13,344 nt of DNA, from assembly GCA_964577555.1 (NCBI GenBank), contig CAZNZM010000001.1, positions 157,942-171,285 on the forward strand, in the 5' to 3' direction. Shown here in pieces: positions 8,117-13,344 of this stretch. The DNA comes from an uncultured archaeon. Lineage in GTDB: Archaea; Iainarchaeota; Iainarchaeia; Iainarchaeales; Iainarchaeaceae. The notes under the pieces were generated by a model. The model saw only the letters and a list, made by a program, of their open reading frames with translations, did not search any database and was not told where the DNA came from. Numbering within the stretch: position 1 is the stretch's first letter; the number at the start of each line of letters is the position of its first letter. The position numbers were made by a program, and so were the translations under genes.

Positions 8117-9331
8117 TTAAACACCGAAAATTTTTTTGGTTTCTTCTATGCCTTCTGCTAGCGCGTCAATGTCTTTTGTAGTATTATAAATGTAAAATGA
8201 GGCTCTTGCTATTGCTTCTGTTCCTATTTCGTTTAGGAGTGGTTGTGCGCAGTGGTTTCCTGTTCTTATTGCAATTCCTTTGTTGTCAAGTATTGTTGCA
8301 ATATCGTGTGGGTGTATGTTGTCTAGGTTAAAGGATATTATGCCTGTTTTTTGTCCTTTTGGGATGTAGGTTTTGATTCCTTTTATTTCATTTATTCTTT
8401 TTGTTGAGTATTTTATTAGTTTTTTTTCGTGTTCTGCAATGTTTTCCATGTTTATTTTTTTTAGGTAGTCCATTGCTTTTGAAAAGCCTATTGCTCCTCC
8501 TACGTTTGGTGTTCCAGCTTCGTATTTCCATGGCAATTTGTTCCATTCTGATTTTTGAAGTGTTACTGTTGTAATCATGTCGCCCCCTGTAAGGAATGGA
8601 GGTAGTTTTTCTAAATGTTCTTTTTTTCCATATAGGACTCCTATTCCCATTGGGCCAAGCATTTTGTGTGCTGAAAATGCGAGGAAGTCTAAGTCTGTTT
8701 TTTTTGCGTTTATTTCAATATGTGGAATAGCTTGTGCTCCGTCTGCAATTGTAAGTATTCCTTTTTCTTTTGCTATTTTGCATATTTCTTTTGCTGGTGT
8801 TATTGTTCCCAATATGTTTGATGCCATTGTGAAAGCTATTATTTTGGTTTTTTTGTTTATTTTTTTTTCAAGGTCGTTTAGGTCTATTGTAAGTTCTTTT
8901 GTAATGTTTGCGTAGTTTAGTTTTATTTTTTTTCTTTTTGCTAATTGTTGCCACGGAACTATATTGGCGTGGTGTTCCATTTTTGTTAGTAATATTTCAT
9001 CTCCTCTTTTTAATTTGCTTTCTAATACGTATGATAATAGGTTCAGGCTTTCGGTAGCGTTTTTTGTGAATATTACTTCTTGCATGTCTCTTGCTCTTAT
9101 GAATTTTGCAGTTTTTTCATGTGCTTCTTCGTACATTTCTGTGGCTTTTTGGCTTAGAAAATTCATTCCCCTGTGTATGTTGGAGTTTGTTTCTTCGTAG
9201 AATTTTTTTTCCGCTTGGATTACTTCTAATGGTTTTTGAGTTGTTGCTGCGTTGTCTAAGTAAATTATTTTTTTTCCGTTTATTTTTTTTGAAAAAATAG
9301 GAAAATCTTTTTTGATTTTTTCAGGGTTCAT
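8117..9331 (-). CDS. sufS: SufS-type cysteine desulfurase
   Basis: 404-aa ORF: YLDNAATTQKP, ESNLHRG-like TNSNIHRGMNFLSQKATEMYEEAH, HHANIVPWQQL, PLP-lysine motif DFLAFSAHKMLGPMGIGVLYGK, GGDMI, and active-site Cys in IAIRTGNHCAQPLL. Confidence 0.96.
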   Translation of the reverse strand: MNPEKIKKDFPIFSKKINGKKIIYLDNAATTQKPLEVIQAEKKFYEETNSNIHRGMNFLSQKATEMYEEAHEKTAKFIRARDMQEVIFTKNATESLNLLSYVLESKLKRGDEILLTKMEHHANIVPWQQLAKRKKIKLNYANITKELTIDLNDLEKKINKKTKIIAFTMASNILGTITPAKEICKIAKEKGILTIADGAQAIPHIEINAKKTDLDFLAFSAHKMLGPMGIGVLYGKKEHLEKLPPFLTGGDMITTVTLQKSEWNKLPWKYEAGTPNVGGAIGFSKAMDYLKKINMENIAEHEKKLIKYSTKRINEIKGIKTYIPKGQKTGIISFNLDNIHPHDIATILDNKGIAIRTGNHCAQPLLNEIGTEAIARASFYIYNTTKDIDALAEGIEETKKIFGV

Positions 9332-9333
9332 GT

Positions 9334-10395
9334 TCAGAGCCTTTTTTCTATTTCTTCTTCTAGTTCTTGTTTTATACTGTCAGCCAGTTCAAAGATAATG
9401 CTTTCGAGGAAGCTTTTTACTATTATTTTTTTTGCTTGTTCTTTTTCTATGCCTCTTGATTGTAAATAAAATAATTCTTCTTCTGATATATGCGCTATTG
9501 TTGCTGAGTGGGTTGCTTTTACGTCATCTGTTTTTATTTCAAGGCTTGGTATTTGGTTGTTTGTTGCTTGTTCACCTAACAGCATTCCGTGGCATTCCAA
9601 TAGTGCGTTTGTTTTTTCTGCTTTTTCTTCTATTTTTATCATTCCTTCAAAAGTGTTTTTGCTTTGGTCTTTCATTGCGGATTTGAAAATGCAGTGGCTT
9701 TTTGTGTTTTTTCCTCTGTGTATTGCTGAATAGTTTATGTTGAAGTTTTGGTTTTTTGTTCCTATTAGAAAGCTGTAGTCTTTGCTTTCTGAACCGTCTC
9801 CGTGCATTATTATTTGGGTGTTTGAATATGTTGTTGTTCCTTGGCTCCACGAGTCTGATTTGATTAGTTTTGAGTCTTTGCCTAGTATGAATTGCCTGTG
9901 TATGATTATTTCACCTTGCGGTTTTGTTTTTCTCGCATAGTTTACTATTGAATTTTCTCCTATTATGAACGTTTCAGAAAGTATTGATTCTTTTTCTGCA
10001 ACGTGTTCTTCAATTATTGTTATTTCGCAATTTTTTGGGACTATTATTATTGCTTTTGAAGTTGTTTTTTCTTTTGAAATTATTTTTATATTGGTTTTTT
10101 TTCTGTTTGTTGATTCTTTTATTATTATTGCTGTTGCTTTTTCTATTGCAGAGTTTCCTTTTGCTTGGTATTGGTCTTTTGGAGGTTCTTCTAAGCTTAT
10201 TGTTTGAATTAATTGGTTGTCTTCTGCTTGGTCTTTAATTGTTGCATCTTTTTTGTTTATTTTTATCTCTGGTTTTTCTATTTTGGCTTTTTGGATTATT
10301 TCGTCCAGTTTTGTTGTGCTTATATATTTGCTTTTTTTTAATGGTTTTTGTATAAGTATTTCAAGGTTTTTTTTCAAGTATTGGATTTTGTCCAT
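9334..10395 (-). CDS. sufD: SufD-like Fe-S cluster assembly protein (SufB/SufD family)
   Basis: 353-aa ORF with the conserved C-terminal SufBD signature PSLEIKTDDVKATHSATIAHISEEELFYLQSRGIEKEQAKKIIVKSFL; located directly after sufB. Confidence 0.88.
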   Translation of the reverse strand: MDKIQYLKKNLEILIQKPLKKSKYISTTKLDEIIQKAKIEKPEIKINKKDATIKDQAEDNQLIQTISLEEPPKDQYQAKGNSAIEKATAIIIKESTNRKKTNIKIISKEKTTSKAIIIVPKNCEITIIEEHVAEKESILSETFIIGENSIVNYARKTKPQGEIIIHRQFILGKDSKLIKSDSWSQGTTTYSNTQIIMHGDGSESKDYSFLIGTKNQNFNINYSAIHRGKNTKSHCIFKSAMKDQSKNTFEGMIKIEEKAEKTNALLECHGMLLGEQATNNQIPSLEIKTDDVKATHSATIAHISEEELFYLQSRGIEKEQAKKIIVKSFLESIIFELADSIKQELEEEIEKRL

Positions 10396-11810
10396 TATCC
10401 CACCGAGTTTTCCATTTCCATTTCTATTAGCCTGTTTAGTTCTACCGCGTATTCAAGTGGAAGTGTTTTTGCAAATGGCTGTATAAAACCCATTACTATC
10501 ATTGTTATTGCTTCAGTTTCGCTTAAGCCTCTTGTCATTAAGTAGAATATTTCTTCTTCTCCTATTTTTCCTACTCTTGCTTCGTGTGCTATCGTGGCTG
10601 TTGGTTCATCTATTTCGATGTATGGGTATGTGTCTGTTCTGGATTTGTTGTCAAGTATTAGTGCATCGCAATTTACATTGCTTTTTACTCCTTTGCATCC
10701 TTTTACTACTTTAAGTAGTCCTCGGTAGCTTGTTCTTCCACCGTCTTTGCTTATGCTTTTGCTTGTTATTCTGCTTGTGGTGTTTGGTGCTAAGTGTATT
10801 ATTTTTGCTCCTGCGTCTTGGTGTTGTCCTTTTCCGGCTAGTGCTATTGATAATACTTCTCCTTTGGCTCCTTCTCCCATTAAGTATATTGCAGGATATT
10901 TTTGTGTTACTTTGCTTCCTAGGTTGCCGTCTACCCATTCAATTATTGCATTTTTGTATGCAAATGCTCTTTTTGTCACTAGGTTGTAGATGTTGTTTGC
11001 CCAATTTTGTATTGTAGTGTATCTTATAGTGGCATTTTCTTTTGCTATTACTTCTACTACTGCAGCGTGGAGCGATTGTGTTGAAAATCTTGGGGCTGTG
11101 CATCCTTCTATGTAATGTACTTGGCTTCCTTCTTCTGCGATTATCAGCGTTCTTTCGAATTGTCCGAAGCTTTCTGCGTTTATTCTGAAATAGGCTTGAA
11201 GCGGTATTTCTACTTTGACATTTTTTGGTACGTATACGAATGAGCCGCCTGACCATACTGCTGTGTTTAGTGCTGCAAATTTGTTGTCGTTTAGTGGCAC
11301 TACTTTTCCGAAATGTTCTTTTACTATTTCAGGGTATTTTTTTAGCCCTTCGTCCATTGACAGGAATATAACTCCTTGTTTTTCAAGGTCTTTTCTTATG
11401 TTGTGGTACATTACTTCTGAGTCGTATTGTGCGCCAACCCCTGCAAGTATTTTTCTTTCCGCTTCAGGTATTCCTAGCCTTTCAAATGTTTCTTTTACTT
11501 CTTTTGGGACGTCTTCCCATTTTTTTTTGTTTGCATCTGATGCTTTCATATAATATATTATTTCGTCAAAATCAATGTCGTTTAGATTCGCTCCCCATTC
11601 TGGCATCGGCTTTTCCATAAATGATTTTAAGGCTTTTAGTCTTATGTCAAGCATCCATTTTGGCTCTTTTTTTATTTCGGATATTTTTCTTACTGTTTCT
11701 TCGTTGAGTCCTTTTTTGAATATTACTTCGTAATTTTTTGTTCCATAGTTGAAATCGTATTTTTGGTATTCTATCGTTGCTATTTTTTTTTCTTTTGTTC
11801 TTGTGTCCAT
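10395..11810 (-). CDS. sufB: Fe-S cluster assembly protein SufB
   Basis: 471-aa ORF with [99 protein letters not shown] upstream of the ATG. Confidence 0.96.
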   Translation of the reverse strand: MDTRTKEKKIATIEYQKYDFNYGTKNYEVIFKKGLNEETVRKISEIKKEPKWMLDIRLKALKSFMEKPMPEWGANLNDIDFDEIIYYMKASDANKKKWEDVPKEVKETFERLGIPEAERKILAGVGAQYDSEVMYHNIRKDLEKQGVIFLSMDEGLKKYPEIVKEHFGKVVPLNDNKFAALNTAVWSGGSFVYVPKNVKVEIPLQAYFRINAESFGQFERTLIIAEEGSQVHYIEGCTAPRFSTQSLHAAVVEVIAKENATIRYTTIQNWANNIYNLVTKRAFAYKNAIIEWVDGNLGSKVTQKYPAIYLMGEGAKGEVLSIALAGKGQHQDAGAKIIHLAPNTTSRITSKSISKDGGRTSYRGLLKVVKGCKGVKSNVNCDALILDNKSRTDTYPYIEIDEPTATIAHEARVGKIGEEEIFYLMTRGLSETEAITMIVMGFIQPFAKTLPLEYAVELNRLIEMEMENSVG

Positions 11811-11812
11811 TT

Positions 11813-12574
11813 TTATTCACCTTGTATTTTTAGTGGTTGGATTATTCCAGAGTATCCTTTTTCTTCAAGTTCGTCTGCTAGTTCTATTCCGCCAGATTTT
11901 ATTATTTTTCCGTGTGACATTATGTGGACTTTGTCTGGTTTCAGGTGGTTGAGTATTCTTTTATAGTGTGTTATGATTATTGCTCCAAATTCTGGGCTTC
12001 GCATTTTTTGTATTGATTGTGCCACTAATTTGAGTGAGTCTATGTCTAATCCTGAGTCTGTTTCGTCGAGTATTGCTATTTTTGGTTTTAATATAATTAG
12101 TTGCAGTATTTCTGCTCTTTTTTTTTCTCCTCCTGAGAATCCTACGTTTAGTTCCCTTTCGATAAAGTCGTCTTTCATTTCAAGTATTTTTGCCGCTTCT
12201 TTTATTTTTTCTCTGAATTTTATGATTGTGTCTGTTGAGAGTGGATTTTGTGCTTTATAGGCTGCATATAAAAATTTTGAGAATGTTAGTCCAGGTATTT
12301 CAAATGGGTATTGGAATGACATGAATAATCCTAATTTTGCCCTTTCATTCGGTTGCAGTTCGTTAATTTTTTTTCCGTTAAAAATTATTTCTCCTGAGTA
12401 TATTGTGTATTTTGGGTTTCCCATTATTATGTTGGCTAGTGTGCTTTTTCCGGTGCCGTTTGGACCCATTATTGCGTGTATTTCTCCTGTTTTTGTTGTC
12501 AGGTTCATTCCTTTGATTATTTCTTTTCCTTCTATTCCTGCGTGGAGGTTTTTTATTTCAAGTGTGTGTGTCAT
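11813..12574 (-). CDS. sufC: Fe-S cluster assembly ATPase SufC (ABC-type)
   Basis: 253-aa ORF: Walker [11 protein letters not shown]-loop FQYPFEIPG, signature [14 protein letters not shown], Walker [19 protein letters not shown], and the SufC-typical [17 protein letters not shown]. Confidence 0.96.
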   Translation of the reverse strand: MTHTLEIKNLHAGIEGKEIIKGMNLTTKTGEIHAIMGPNGTGKSTLANIIMGNPKYTIYSGEIIFNGKKINELQPNERAKLGLFMSFQYPFEIPGLTFSKFLYAAYKAQNPLSTDTIIKFREKIKEAAKILEMKDDFIERELNVGFSGGEKKRAEILQLIILKPKIAILDETDSGLDIDSLKLVAQSIQKMRSPEFGAIIITHYKRILNHLKPDKVHIMSHGKIIKSGGIELADELEEKGYSGIIQPLKIQGE

Positions 12575-12921
12575 ATTCGTGCCTCTGTGATTTTCATTCC
12601 TGCTTTTGAAAGCATTTCGCTGGAAGCGTCAAATTCTTTGCAAACAAAGCATAGTTTGTTTATTCCTTTTTCTGATTGCATTATCATGTCTGCCATTTGT
12701 TTTATTTTTTGTATGTCTTTTTGGTTGAATTTGTAGTTGCCTCCTCTTTTGTGCTTTATGTATTGGCATACTGCCGCTTCTGTAATTCCGAGTTTTTTTG
12801 CTATTGTTTTTCTTGGTATTTTTTTTTCAATAGCTAGGTATTTTGCTATTTCTCTTCTTACTGCTGGCATTACTTGCCAGCTTACTATTTCGCATGGGAA
12901 TACTATGCCCAATTCAACCAC
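12571..12921 (-). CDS. HTH transcriptional regulator (COG2522-like) with N-terminal Cys and C-terminal CxxC
   Basis: 116-aa ORF with MPAVRREIAKYL...IPRKTIAKKLGITEAAVCQYIKHKRGG (helix-turn-helix), FPCEIV near the N-terminus and KLCFVCKEF near the C-terminus. The first ORF of the suf cluster; its stop overlaps the sufC start by 4 nt. GTG 12921 is the track start, but TTG 12912 with AGGTG 6 nt upstream is an attractive alternative. Confidence 0.82.
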   Translation of the reverse strand: MVELGIVFPCEIVSWQVMPAVRREIAKYLAIEKKIPRKTIAKKLGITEAAVCQYIKHKRGGNYKFNQKDIQKIKQMADMIMQSEKGINKLCFVCKEFDASSEMLSKAGMKITEARI

Positions 12922-12923
12922 CT

Positions 12924-12939
12924 ATTAACATGCGTTAAT
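12924..12939. promoter_or_regulatory. Candidate operator: perfect inverted repeat ATTAAC-ATGC-GTTAAT upstream of the regulator-sufCBDSU cluster
   Basis: Read directly: 6-nt arms, 4-nt spacer, immediately 5' of the AGGTGG SD (12923-12918 on the minus strand) and just downstream of an AT-rich TATA-like AATAAAAA (12952-12945 on the minus strand). Confidence 0.5.
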
Positions 12940-13148
12940 GAGTGTTTTTATTCTTTCTGGTTCGTTTTTGAAGTCATTTTTTTAGTCTAATTTTTGGAGC
13001 TGTTTTTTTTGTCAATTTTTATTTTTTTTAATTTGTTTTTTGAAGGATTTTTTTGTTTTTTGTATGTTGTTTTTTTTAATTTGAAAATTGTTTTTTTTGT
13101 GGGCTTTTTTTTAGACAATTTTTGTTTTTTTTTTGGTTTGAAGTTTTG

Positions 13149-13203
13149 TTTTTTTTGGCGAGCCGTTTTTTTGTCATTTTTCTTTTTTTTTTGAATTCTT
13201 TTT
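13149..13203. repeat. Direct repeat copy 1 of a 55-nt exact duplicate
   Basis: TTTTTTTTGGCGAGCCGTTTTTTTGTCATTTTTCTTTTTTTTTTGAATTCTTTTT, matching 13290-13344 at an offset of 141 nt. Confidence 0.9.
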
Positions 13204-13289
13204 TTTTGTCAAGTTGTTTTTTTGTTGTTTGTTTTTTGAGTTGTTTTTTTATTTTTTTCATTTTTTTGCAAGTCGTTTTTTTTGTTTGT

Positions 13290-13344
13290 TTTTTTTTGGC
13301 GAGCCGTTTTTTTGTCATTTTTCTTTTTTTTTTGAATTCTTTTT
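13290..13344. repeat. Direct repeat copy 2 (truncated by the window end)
   Basis: Same 55 nt as 13149-13203; the match runs off the window end, so the real repeat may be longer. Confidence 0.9.

Noticed and set aside
12994-13194. 66-aa plus-strand Phe-rich ORF
   Set aside because: Same low-complexity T-tract artefact in the repeat region.
13076-13318. 80-aa minus-strand ORF (MTKKRLAKKKQTKK...) with an internal peptide repeat
   Set aside because: It is a translation of the T-rich direct-repeat block. The peptide repeat reflects the 141-nt DNA repeat, whose offset is a multiple of 3. Lys/Thr/Gln low complexity with no SD or domain signal makes coding unlikely, though peptide evidence could overturn this.
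13149-13344. Possible CRISPR array from the two direct repeats
   Set aside because: Only two copies are seen with an 86-nt intervening segment. The repeats are low-complexity T-rich rather than typical CRISPR repeats, related diverged copies are dispersed in other intergenic regions, and no cas genes are present.
1-13344. Defence, toxin-antitoxin or mobile-element system
   Set aside because: All strong ORFs fit housekeeping or Fe-S/alarmone/lipid/surface functions. The relA homolog is long-form rather than a toxic small alarmone synthetase and has no adjacent antitoxin, and no transposase, integrase, nuclease or reverse transcriptase motif was seen.

Overview
The window is a dense, AT-rich, probably archaeal (DPANN-like) housekeeping region. 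This assignment is inferred from a short archaeal-type triosephosphate isomerase, a single-domain KaiC-like ATPase, a GGPP-synthase-like enzyme, a COG2522-like HTH protein and GGTG-type Shine-Dalgarno (SD) sites. Plus strand: a secreted/membrane-anchored FnIII/Ig-like protein (280-2487), a polyprenyl (GGPP) synthase (2462-3526) and TPI (6858-7544). Minus strand: a KaiC-like ATPase (3781-4527), a long RelA/SpoT homolog (4818-6671) and a compact six-gene cluster read right to left as HTH regulator-sufC-sufB-sufD-sufS-sufU (12921 to 7711). I see no CRISPR array, transposon, rRNA, tRNA or recognisable defence system. The observations most worth following up are: a perfect inverted repeat ATTAAC-N4-GTTAAT just upstream of the cysteine-containing regulator that heads the suf cluster; a RelA-like protein whose hydrolase motifs are degenerate while the synthetase motifs are intact; a SufU-like scaffold with IscU-like spacing; a recurring intergenic GNGAGCC(G/A)-T-tract-GTCA element, including a 55-nt exact repeat at the right edge; and a strong T/G bias of the plus strand regardless of gene orientation.
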